64,000 bases of DNA from an uncultured Opitutia bacterium (GTDB lineage: Bacteria; Verrucomicrobiota; Verrucomicrobiia; Opitutales; UBA953). Location: contig CAIXHF010000087.1 in the NCBI GenBank assembly GCA_903919185.1, positions 18,270-82,269 of the forward strand, given 5' to 3'. Each line of letters starts with the position of its first letter. The first letter of the stretch is position 1. The notes beneath the pieces are model-generated. The model was not told the origin of the DNA. It did not search any database and saw nothing but the letters and a program-made list of their open reading frames with translations. Below, piece after piece: positions 53,729-64,000 of this stretch. The position numbers were made by a program, and so were the translations under genes.

Positions 53729-56700
53729 ATGCGTCCGTTGCTTACCCTCCTCCTTGCCATGCTCGGCTTCGCCGGCGTGCAGGCCCAAACCCTCGAGCTG
53801 AAGAAAGGCGATAACGTCGCCTTCGTCGGCGGCGGCCTCGCTGACCGTCAGCAGCACTACGGCCACCTCGAAGCGCTGATCCATAAGGCTAACGCCGACA
53901 AGGATCTCGTCGTGCGCAACCTCGGCTTCTCCGGCGACGAAGTAAACACCCGTCACCGCTCCGATGAAGTGCCCGCCCTTGAGCTCTTCCTCAACATGAA
54001 GCCTGGCGACCTCGCCACGAAGTCCGGCAACACCGCCATCACCTACCACTTCGGGACCGACTTCCACGCCAATGTGCTCCTCGCCTATTGGGGCTTCAAC
54101 GAAAGCTTCCGCGGTCCGGATGGACTCGTCGCCTTCAAGGCGAACGTCGACGAATGGGTCAAGAAGCAGCTCGCCGCCGATTACGGTAAAGGCAAGGTCC
54201 GCCTCGTCCTCCTCTCCCCGATCGCCCACGAGGACCTTAAGTCCGCGAACTTCGACCCGGCCATCGTCGCCCGCAATAACAAGAACCTCGCCGCCTACAC
54301 CGCCGCCCTCGGCGAAGTCGCCAAGGCTAACAGCGTCCAGTTCGTTGACCTCTTCACCCCTTCGCAGAAACTCTACGCGGCTGCCAAGTCCCCGCTGACG
54401 CTCAATGGTATCCACCTGAACGACGCTGGCGACGAAGCCCTCGCCGCCGTGCAGTTCCAGGCCCTCTTCGGTAAGGCTACCCCGTCCATCGACGCCGCCC
54501 TCCTCGCTGCCGTCAATGAGAAGTCCACTCAGTGGCACCACCGCTACCGCACGGTCGACCAATTCAACATCTATGGTCAGCGCTCCCGCATTAAGTACGA
54601 AGGTATCGACAACGCCACCGTCATCGGCCGTGAACTCGCCAACCGTGACATCAAGACCGCTAACCGCGACCAGGCCATCTGGGCTGCCGCCAACGGCAAG
54701 AACCTCGTCGTCAAGGATGACAACCTCCTGCCCGACATCGCCGTCCCGCCAAACCGCAAGGACCCAGTCCCCTACCTTTCCGGCGAAGACCAGATTAAGT
54801 TCCTGACCCTCCCTGAGGGCTGCAAGGTTGAGTTCATCGCCGACGAAACGACAATCCCTGAGCTCATCAACCCGGTACAGATGAACTTCGACACCAAGGG
54901 TCGCCTCTGGCTCGCCGTCTGGCCGAACTACCCGGAAACCTCCCCGAAGACTAAGAACTTCGACAAGCTCCTCGTCATCGACCTCGACCCGAAGAGCGGC
55001 AAGGTCGCCAAGTCGCACGTCTTCCTCGACGGCCTCAACTGCCCGACCGGCTTCCAGTTCTATAAGGACGGCGTCATCCTCATCCAGTCGCCAGACATGT
55101 GGTTCGCGCGCGACACCTCTGGCAAGATGGAGAAGGCTGACTGGAAGGAAAAGATCCTGACCGGCATGGACGCGGCGGACTCCCACCACGAGACGAACTC
55201 CATCTGCTATGAACCAGGTGGTGCGATGTACTTCTCCGACGGCGTGTTCCACCGCACCCAAGTCGAGACCTTCGACAAGGGAGCAATCCGGAACACCAAC
55301 GGCGGCATCTACCGCTTCGAACCGCAGAGCTACAAGTTCTCGCGCTATGTCCCGTACGGCTTCGCCAACCCGCACGGCCGCGTCTTCGACTACTGGGGCA
55401 ACGACATCATCACCGACGCCACCGGTAACGCCAACTACTTCGGCCCTGGCTTCTCTGGCCACCTCGACACTGGCTCCCACGGTGGCTACCACCAGATGTG
55501 GAGCCGCCCGTCGCGCCCCTGCCCGGGCACGGCCATCCTCAGCAGCCGTCACTTCCCTGAAGACTGGCAGGGCACATTCCTCAACACGAACGTGATCTCC
55601 TACCAAGGTATCTTCCGCGCGAAACTGACCGAAGAAGGTTCCGGCATCAAGGGTACGACCATCGAGCCAGGCTTGATCAAGACCGACAACACCCAGGCTG
55701 GTAACTTCCGCCCCTCCGGCGTCGCCGTCGCCCCCGATGGTTCGCTCTACGTCATGGACTGGTCCCAGATGCTTATCGGCCACCTCCAGCACCACCTGCG
55801 TGACCCGAATCGTGACCACCAGCACGGCCGCCTCTACCGCATCACCTTCCCCGGCCGCCCCCTGCTGACGCCTAAGAAGATCTTCGGCGAATCCATCGCC
55901 AACCTCCTCGAACTCCTCAAGGAACACGAAGATAACGTCCGCCAACGCGCCAAGGTCGAGTTGCACAAGTACGACAGCGCTGAAGTCATCGCTGCTACCC
56001 AGAAGTGGGTGAAGCAGTTCGACCCCTCCAAGAAGGAAGACGCCCACCACATCCTCGAAGCCCTCTGGGTCCACCAGTGGCACAACGCGGTGAACCTCGA
56101 CCTCATCAAGGCCCTCCTGAAGTCACCCGAGCATAATGCCCGCGCCCAGGCTGTGCGCGTCGTCTGCTACCAGCGCGACCGTATCCCTGATGCTATCGGG
56201 ATTGTTGAAGCCGCCATCAAGGATGAACACCCACGCGTCCGCCTCGAAGCCGTCCGCGCCCTCAGCTTCTTCAATGGTGCCGACACGAAGCGGGCCATCG
56301 CTGCCGCCCTCGTCGTCAAGGATGAGAAGGACCAGACTATCGCCTACTGCTTCCGTGAAACGATGAAGCAGTTATCTTCCCTGCCCGAAGGCAAGGAATT
56401 CAACATGGCTACGATTAAGAAGCCTATCGAAACGGTCTACGGACCGACGGACAAGAAGATCTCCAAGGCCGACAAGAAGCTCTACGACCTCGGCAAGGAA
56501 GTGTACTTCCGCGAAGCACTCTGCGTCACCTGCCACCAGGCCGACGGTAAGGGCATCGATAGCTTCCCCGACAAGTCCAAGCCAACCTTCGGCAGCTACC
56601 CTTCCCTCGCTCGTATGACTGGCTACCCGACCAATCCTTGGCTCGAAGGCGAGCCCGACCGCTCCATCAAGCTCGTCCTGAGCGGTATGTACGGCAAGAT

Positions 56701-56947
56701 GACCCTCCATGGTAAGCAGTACGGCGACATCACCGCCGGCCAGGCCGCCATGACCCCCCTCGGCCAGATGCTGAAGGACGAAGAAGTCGCCGGCGTGCTC
56801 ACTTATGTCCGCCAGTCGTGGAATAATAACCTACCGCCAGTCTCGGCCGCCCAAGTCAAGAAGGTCCGCGAAGCGACCAAGGCCCGTACGGCGATGTACA
56901 CCCCAGAGGAAATCCTCAAGGAACACCCTCTTCCGGCGGGCAAGTAA
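53729..56947 (+). CDS. PVC-type heme-binding CxxCH protein with N-terminal SGNH/GDSL-like domain
   Basis: ORF trimmed to the ATG at 53729 (MRPLLTLLLAMLGFAGVQA). GDSL-like blocks: NVAFVGGGLADRQ and LNGIHLNDAG. Propeller block: FDTKGRLWLAVWPNYPE. HEAT repeats are present. Heme motif: CVTCHQADGKG. Confidence 0.8.
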   Translation: MRPLLTLLLAMLGFAGVQAQTLELKKGDNVAFVGGGLADRQQHYGHLEALIHKANADKDLVVRNLGFSGDEVNTRHRSDEVPALELFLNMKPGDLATKSGNTAITYHFGTDFHANVLLAYWGFNESFRGPDGLVAFKANVDEWVKKQLAADYGKGKVRLVLLSPIAHEDLKSANFDPAIVARNNKNLAAYTAALGEVAKANSVQFVDLFTPSQKLYAAAKSPLTLNGIHLNDAGDEALAAVQFQALFGKATPSIDAALLAAVNEKSTQWHHRYRTVDQFNIYGQRSRIKYEGIDNATVIGRELANRDIKTANRDQAIWAAANGKNLVVKDDNLLPDIAVPPNRKDPVPYLSGEDQIKFLTLPEGCKVEFIADETTIPELINPVQMNFDTKGRLWLAVWPNYPETSPKTKNFDKLLVIDLDPKSGKVAKSHVFLDGLNCPTGFQFYKDGVILIQSPDMWFARDTSGKMEKADWKEKILTGMDAADSHHETNSICYEPGGAMYFSDGVFHRTQVETFDKGAIRNTNGGIYRFEPQSYKFSRYVPYGFANPHGRVFDYWGNDIITDATGNANYFGPGFSGHLDTGSHGGYHQMWSRPSRPCPGTAILSSRHFPEDWQGTFLNTNVISYQGIFRAKLTEEGSGIKGTTIEPGLIKTDNTQAGNFRPSGVAVAPDGSLYVMDWSQMLIGHLQHHLRDPNRDHQHGRLYRITFPGRPLLTPKKIFGESIANLLELLKEHEDNVRQRAKVELHKYDSAEVIAATQKWVKQFDPSKKEDAHHILEALWVHQWHNAVNLDLIKALLKSPEHNARAQAVRVVCYQRDRIPDAIGIVEAAIKDEHPRVRLEAVRALSFFNGADTKRAIAAALVVKDEKDQTIAYCFRETMKQLSSLPEGKEFNMATIKKPIETVYGPTDKKISKADKKLYDLGKEVYFREALCVTCHQADGKGIDSFPDKSKPTFGSYPSLARMTGYPTNPWLEGEPDRSIKLVLSGMYGKMTLHGKQYGDITAGQAAMTPLGQMLKDEEVAGVLTYVRQSWNNNLPPVSAAQVKKVREATKARTAMYTPEEILKEHPLPAGK

Positions 56948-56967
56948 GTCCTACGGACTTCCCGACC

Positions 56968-57000
56968 AAGGGCGTGCTTCGGCACGCCCTTTTTGTTTTG
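56968..57000 (+). terminator. Rho-independent terminator
   Basis: Perfect 10-bp stem AAGGGCGTGC (56968-77) / GCACGCCCTT (56982-91) with a TTCG tetraloop, followed by TTTTGTTTTG. It lies 21 nt after the stop codon. Confidence 0.9.
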
Positions 57001-57058
57001 TGAATAATATGACAGGGCGACCGCTTGAAAGACCAGTCGGACTAGCCACAGTATCCCC

Positions 57059-57517
57059 ATGACGACCAAGTACCCCCTTTGGAAAGCGATCAACGCCCAA
57101 CTAAAGGTGCTCGGCACGACGACGAAGTTGCGGGCCCTCGACGAGTTCCGCGCCAAGACGAAGTTGAAGGACGACTGGTGTACACTGCACGCCTCCTACC
57201 AACCGCGCGAAGGCCGCATCGCCGGACATCTCCGCTTCGAACTCTTGGCCGAAGGCCCTGAAGCGATGACGGTAATCGCAAACTTTCTCAGCGACGAAAA
57301 TCGCTTGCTGAAAAAGGTGAAACAAAAACTCGTCTTCGAACACGTGCTCGACCCAGAACTCCCCCCGGAGTGCAGCGAGGCGACACTCAAGATCGAAGCG
57401 CAAATCGTGTCGTGGCACGGGACAGATCTCGTCGACCGGCTGACGCCTTGGGCCGCCGAGGCCATCAGCGCGCTCCTCTGGATTCACGACGAAATCCGTC
57501 TGCCGAAGAAAAGGTAA
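57059..57517 (+). CDS. Hypothetical protein (orphan)
   Basis: 152-aa ORF with an ATG start. Its composition is ordinary, not shadow-like, and no motif was recognised. Confidence 0.55.
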   Translation: MTTKYPLWKAINAQLKVLGTTTKLRALDEFRAKTKLKDDWCTLHASYQPREGRIAGHLRFELLAEGPEAMTVIANFLSDENRLLKKVKQKLVFEHVLDPELPPECSEATLKIEAQIVSWHGTDLVDRLTPWAAEAISALLWIHDEIRLPKKR

Positions 57518-57535
57518 ACGCTAAAGGAGATTTCT

Positions 57536-57651
57536 GAGTACAGGTTACAGAGGGCAGTTGCCTCTCTCTCATTCGCAATCTGTACTCCGTAATCTGCACT
57601 CTGTAATCTATCCCCTACCCCCCATCCCCTATCCCCCATCCCCTATCCCCC
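57536..57651. repeat. Composite short-unit arrays: GAGTACA-type, inverted TGTACTC-type, then (ATCCCCY)n running up to the esterase start codon
   Basis: GAGTACA GGTTACA GAGGGCA spans 57536-57556. TGTACTC CGTAATC TGCACTC TGTAATC spans 57581-57608. TATCCCC TACCCCCC ATCCCCT ATCCCCC ATCCCCT ATCCCCC spans 57609-57651. The ATG is at 57652. Confidence 0.85.
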
Positions 57652-58404
57652 ATGCGCCTCCTCACCCTGCTCGCCGCCTGCGCGGCCGTCGTTCCTTCCT
57701 TCGCCCAGACGAAATCTGAAAAGGCCGCTGCGCCTGCCTTCGTCGCCCCGGCGACTAAGCTACCGCCCACGGCTAAGAAGTTCACAACCGCCGACGGCAA
57801 GGCCGCGCTCGATTACTTAGTCTACCTACCAGCCGACTATGATAAGGATAAGTCGAAGCAGTGGACGCTGGTGGTCTTTCTGCACGGCTCGGGCGAACGC
57901 GGCTCGGACGTCCAAGTCGTCCGCAAGACCGGCCTCACGCAGACGCTCGAACAACGCGGTGCCGTTCCTTACGTAATGATCGCCCCGCAATGCCCAGCCA
58001 ACTCTAGCTGGAACGTCGGCACGCTCGATAAGCTCCTCGACCAAGTTCTCACCGACTACCGCGTCGACAAGAAACGCGTCGTCCTGACCGGACTGAGCAT
58101 GGGCGGTTTCGGCACCTGGAACTGGAGCGTCGAGCACCCCGAACGCTTCGCTGGCCTCGTCCCCATCTGCGGCGGTGGCAAGACGGACAAGGCAGCGGCG
58201 CTCAAGGGCATGCCCATCTGGGCCTTCCACGGCGACGCTGACCCCGCGGTCAAGTTCGCCACCGGCCAAGCCATGGTCGATGCCGTCAAGTCCGCAGGGG
58301 CAGACATCAAGTTCACCGTTTACCCAGGCGTCGGTCACAACTCTTGGGGTAAGGCCTACGCTGAACCCGAGCTCGAAGCCTGGATCCTTGCGCGGAAGAA
58401 GTGA
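57652..58404 (+). CDS. Secreted alpha/beta-hydrolase esterase (phospholipase/carboxylesterase-like)
   Basis: 250-aa ORF with a signal peptide. Motifs: VVFLHGSGERG, nucleophile elbow GLSMGGFG, FHGDADPAV, GVGHNSW. Confidence 0.8.
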   Translation: MRLLTLLAACAAVVPSFAQTKSEKAAAPAFVAPATKLPPTAKKFTTADGKAALDYLVYLPADYDKDKSKQWTLVVFLHGSGERGSDVQVVRKTGLTQTLEQRGAVPYVMIAPQCPANSSWNVGTLDKLLDQVLTDYRVDKKRVVLTGLSMGGFGTWNWSVEHPERFAGLVPICGGGKTDKAAALKGMPIWAFHGDADPAVKFATGQAMVDAVKSAGADIKFTVYPGVGHNSWGKAYAEPELEAWILARKK

Positions 58405-58413
58405 AGAGGCCGT

Positions 58414-58657
58414 GGGGATGGGGGATTGGCGATGGACTGAAAAGGGGGACCGGGGACCGGAAATGGAGTAGGGGCGCGACTGCGTCGCGTCCGGACATAT
58501 GCCGCAGCACACTTTCTAATGCATCAGGTAGGGGCAGGCTTTGCCTTGCACTCCACCGCAGGAGGGCGCGGCGAAGCCACGCCCCTACCCAATCTCTGTA
58601 CTCCGCACTCTGTACTCCCTTTAACCCCCATTCCCCCATCCCCTATCCCCAGTCCCC
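58414..58657. repeat. Composite intergenic element: (GGGGATK)n, nested GTAGGGGCG-bounded hairpin module, TGTACTC array and (CCCCWWT)n
   Basis: GGGGATG GGGGATT GGCGATG spans 58414-58434. GTAGGGGCG (58468-76) is the reverse complement of CGCCCCTAC (58580-88). Inner hairpins: GCGCGAC-TGC-GTCGCGT and GCAGGC-TTT-GCCTTGC. TGTACTC CGCACTC TGTACTC spans 58597-58617. CCCCCATTCCCCCATCCCCTATCCCCAGTCCCC spans 58625-58657. Confidence 0.8.
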
Positions 58658-58726
58658 TCAAAACACCCTTCCCTTTTACCCCCTTAGAGGGTTAAAACGA
58701 CCCCTTCCCATTCCCTTTACCGTCCC

Positions 58727-61417
<2,691 letters not shown>

Positions 61418-61430
61418 GAGGGCTAGAGCT

Positions 61431-61468
61431 AGGGACAGGGCTAGGTAACACTGTCCCTCTTTATTGCT
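61431..61468 (+). terminator. Terminator-like hairpin after alaS
   Basis: Perfect 8-bp stem AGGGACAG (61431-38) / CTGTCCCT (61451-58) with a 12-nt loop, followed by CTTTATTG. Confidence 0.5.
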
Positions 61469-61500
61469 GCCCACCAACCATCCCGCTCCGGGGGGCTGGC

Positions 61501-61557
61501 GGAGGCTTAATATCCATTCTGCCTCCTCCCCACCCCTGTCCCTGTCCCTCCCCCTAT
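61501..61557. repeat. Hairpin GGAGGC/GCCTCC plus CCTGTC-unit C-rich array (inverse of the AGGGACAGGG tract at 61431-61440)
   Basis: GGAGGC (61501-06) pairs with GCCTCC (61521-26). CCCCACCCCTGTCCCTGTCCCTCCCCC spans 61529-61555. Confidence 0.6.
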
Positions 61558-61626
61558 CATTTTTATCAATACCCTCCGCGTGCACCTCTCATTGCCTTTA
61601 GCCCTATGGTCCTCTAAACCTCTCCA

Positions 61627-62361
61627 ATGCGACTCTTCGCCTTCCTCGCTCTCCTCGCCCTCACCCCGCTGTCCGGCTTCGCCCAGAGCGACAGCGTTCC
61701 GCGGGTCGGCAAGAACCAAGGATCCGGGTCCAGGCACTTCGTCCGCATGCAGGTCGACGCCAACGCTCTCGCCCTCCCGCTCTCGATCTCAATCAAGGGC
61801 AAGGACCGTGCGGCGGTCGACGCCCGCCTTGATGTGATCCGTAAGGAACTTGAGAAACGTTTCGCCGACCAGCCGGGCTGGGAACTCCGCGAGATCTCCT
61901 CGGAGTTTGCGCGCGCCGAAGCCAAGTCCTATGTCTCGCGTCCCGCTAGCGGCAGCAAACTCTTCGGCGACGATGAGGCCGACCAGGGCGACGTCACCTA
62001 CGTCACTAATGCCCGCTGGGAACTCCACACCGATGCCGACAAAGGCCTCAAGGGCCTGGAAATCCTCCGCTCCAAGGCCGCCGACCTCGTGAAGGCGAAG
62101 AGCGACGACGAGAAGCAGGTCATCGGCAATCCGGAGTATGTCCTGACGAATCCGCACGATTACCGCAACGAGCTACTCGACCAAATCAAGGCCGACTTCG
62201 AAGAAGCGATGAAGCATCTGCCCGAAGGCCAGTGGACGCTTGAAGTCGCCACGCTGGCCCAGTCCGTCGACGTCGTCGCCCTCGGCGGCAAGCGCTTCGA
62301 GGTCAGCCTCGCCTATCGCATGGCATTCGTCACGCCGGAGCCCGAAAAGGCTAAGAAATAA
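61627..62361 (+). CDS. Secreted hypothetical protein
   Basis: 244-aa ORF with a signal peptide (MRLFAFLALLALTPLSGFA). It is charged and mixed alpha/beta. No family was recognised. Confidence 0.6.
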   Translation: MRLFAFLALLALTPLSGFAQSDSVPRVGKNQGSGSRHFVRMQVDANALALPLSISIKGKDRAAVDARLDVIRKELEKRFADQPGWELREISSEFARAEAKSYVSRPASGSKLFGDDEADQGDVTYVTNARWELHTDADKGLKGLEILRSKAADLVKAKSDDEKQVIGNPEYVLTNPHDYRNELLDQIKADFEEAMKHLPEGQWTLEVATLAQSVDVVALGGKRFEVSLAYRMAFVTPEPEKAKK

Positions 62362-62469
62362 CCCCTACCAGCCTTACCCTCGAGCCTGCACTGATTTTAC
62401 GTCACTACTTGGTCCCATGTCCATCCGCCGTCTAGCCCTCGTCCTTCCCCCTAGGCGCCGAACCCTCCC

Positions 62470-63342
62470 ATGAAGGCTTTTCCTTTCCTGACCAATTATG
62501 TCAACCAGACCTTCGAAAGTGAGAAGGGCCGGCTGGACTACATTTTTCTACGGCCGATTCTACAGGTATCCTATTTCTTCCTGAAGGCCGTCCTGTTCCC
62601 GCTCAAGTTCCTTTTCCACCGGCGCGCCTACGGCTTCGAGGCGCGTTGCATCGACGGCTTACTCGCCTTCGGGATGAAGTACTTTGCGACCGTTGATGCG
62701 GTTGAAATGATGGTCCGCCACGTGCAAATCGAACCGCTGCTCTACCGCCATTTGCTCGGAGAGAAATCTCACCTCGAGGGCGAGCGGCGTAAATTCAATG
62801 GTATCGATGGCGACTACAACATGGATAACCTCAGCGAAATGATCCGGAATAACCTGACCATCGGCCACGACGAGCTCTCTTACGAACTGGTTGACCGCTT
62901 CGATAAGGATGCCTTTCTCGCGAACCTCGACCGTGTTCGCCGCCGCCTGCCTGAGGACCACATGCTTTTCAGCAAGCGCGCGATCGAAGCCACCCGCAAA
63001 CACTCCCTCCAGTGGATCGGCGTTACCAATGTGGTCATCTTAATTGTTTTGGTCATCACGGTCTTCGCCGATCTCCGGACCGCCGTAAAGGCGCTGAATT
63101 CCTTCGACTCTGACTCGGTGCTACTGTGGGCCATGAAGCATCTCTATGCCCATGATCGCGTGGTCTTGACCGACCTTGATTTCTATCTTCAGGCCGAAAG
63201 CAACCGCGGGCACTTCAGCAGCAGCGTGTTCCTCTCCAGCCCAGGCCTCTATCTTCATAGCCATATCGCCTTCGACGAATACGCCTACCAGACCCTGCGC
63301 GAGCGGCCGCCGATCATTTCCGGCGAAACATTTACAGCATGA
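62470..63342 (+). CDS. Hypothetical membrane-associated protein
   Basis: 290-aa ORF with one clear TM helix (WIGVTNVVILIVLVITVFADL). Its stop overlaps the start of the next gene (ATGA). No family was recognised. Confidence 0.6.
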   Translation: MKAFPFLTNYVNQTFESEKGRLDYIFLRPILQVSYFFLKAVLFPLKFLFHRRAYGFEARCIDGLLAFGMKYFATVDAVEMMVRHVQIEPLLYRHLLGEKSHLEGERRKFNGIDGDYNMDNLSEMIRNNLTIGHDELSYELVDRFDKDAFLANLDRVRRRLPEDHMLFSKRAIEATRKHSLQWIGVTNVVILIVLVITVFADLRTAVKALNSFDSDSVLLWAMKHLYAHDRVVLTDLDFYLQAESNRGHFSSSVFLSSPGLYLHSHIAFDEYAYQTLRERPPIISGETFTA

Positions 63343-64000
63343 ACTGCTATATCACTGGAACTGGGTCTTTTCTTCCCGGCGAAGCAGTCCCGAACGAAGC
63401 CATCCCGGACTTCATGGGCGAACTCGACGGTGAAGCGCTGGTCCGACGGAAAATCCTGCGTATGAATGGGATCAAGTCCCGCCACTACGCGCTCGACCGC
63501 GCCCAGAACCCGACCCACGACGTCTATGAAATGGCGGCCCTCGCCGCGGCTCGTTGCCTCGATAACAAGACAGGCGCCTTCACCTACCTTTCGGCCGGCT
63601 CCACCAACACCCCGATGATCGGGCCCGGCCTTTCCAGCATTCTCCACTCCCGTCTCACCCGGCACGGAATCATCGCCAGTCCTGTGGAGATTAATTCGAA
63701 CTCGGGCATCTGCACCTCTGGCGCGCAGGCGCTCGTCAATGCCGCTCGCGCCATCGCCTCGGGCGACCATCAAGAGGCGCTCTGTATCGGCGTCGAGCAA
63801 CCATCGGATATTTTGAAATCATCGGTCATCCGGCCGCCGGACGACCGGGCCCTCTACGAAGGCAACGAAACCTCCTCGAAGTGGTTCATGTCCGTCTTCC
63901 TCCGGTCGATGCTTTCGGACGGCGCGGGTGCCGTCATCCTCCGCCACCAGCCCGCCTCCGATCGAATTTCCTACCGCTTGAACTGGACCTACTCGCGGTC
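63339..64000 (+). CDS. FabH-like 3-oxoacyl-ACP synthase III family protein (partial, runs off window)
   Basis: This ORF is not in the track because it is open at the window end; I translated it by hand from the ATG at 63339. Product: MNCYITGTGSFLPGEAVPNEAI...NSNSGICTSGAQALVNAARAIASGD...LSDGAGAVILRH. The pattern is thiolase fold with a KAS III-type active-site Cys. Confidence 0.75.
   Translation, partial: MNCYITGTGSFLPGEAVPNEAIPDFMGELDGEALVRRKILRMNGIKSRHYALDRAQNPTHDVYEMAALAAARCLDNKTGAFTYLSAGSTNTPMIGPGLSSILHSRLTRHGIIASPVEINSNSGICTSGAQALVNAARAIASGDHQEALCIGVEQPSDILKSSVIRPPDDRALYEGNETSSKWFMSVFLRSMLSDGAGAVILRHQPASDRISYRLNWTYSR

Noticed and set aside
53570-56083. 837-aa minus-strand ORF antisense to the PVC heme-binding gene
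   Set aside because: Its composition is typical of a GC-rich shadow frame (very high Gly/Val/Asp/Glu/Ala/Arg, no motifs). The plus-strand frame carries clear GDSL, propeller, HEAT and CxxCH motifs and a signal peptide.
51421-58657. Heptamer arrays considered as CRISPR arrays
   Set aside because: The units are 6-7 nt and directly adjacent with no spacers. The arrays occur as inverted pairs, and no cas genes are present.

Overview
Visibly GC-rich bacterial chromosomal window. The gene content points to the PVC superphylum, most likely Verrucomicrobiota and possibly Planctomycetota: three giant 'PVC-type' CxxCH heme-binding proteins, DUF1080-like and PmoA-like proteins, sulfatases, a SET-domain protein and GYF-domain proteins. 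No BLAST or HMM search was possible, so all function calls rest on motifs read in the supplied translations and on my own reading of the DNA. Layout: (1) 1-4.1 kb holds hisH-hisB-hisC-ptsI on the minus strand. (2) 4.2-12.8 kb holds an ECF sigma/anti-sigma pair, divergent from a tightly coupled four-gene operon: a Zn-ribbon Ras-like GTPase, two very large single-pass membrane proteins and a GYF-domain membrane protein. This is my best candidate for an undescribed system. (3) 12.9-23.7 kb holds a tRNA(CAT) and housekeeping genes (rsfS, nadD, lpxI, panB, gpsA, purA-like), mixed with eukaryote-like domains (SET, HDAC-like, a second GYF protein). (4) 23.8-57 kb is a glycan/lipid scavenging and periplasmic redox island with sulfatases, an acetylesterase, GlpQ-SdaA, three PVC heme-binding paralogs, SMP-30, AKR, YHYH and an EF-hand/redoxin/cytochrome c/copper-monooxygenase fusion. 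(5) 57-64 kb holds an orphan ORF, an alpha/beta esterase, alaS, two unknown proteins and a partial FabH-like ketosynthase. Intergenic DNA between 48.9 and 61.6 kb carries an unusual family of inverted tandem short-unit arrays (GAGTACR, GGGGATK/WATCCCC, GGGACA-type). These form long imperfect hairpins and G-quadruplex/i-motif-prone tracts, some abutting start and stop codons. No rRNA, CRISPR array, transposase or integrase was seen. The many long antisense ORFs in the track are GC-driven shadows.
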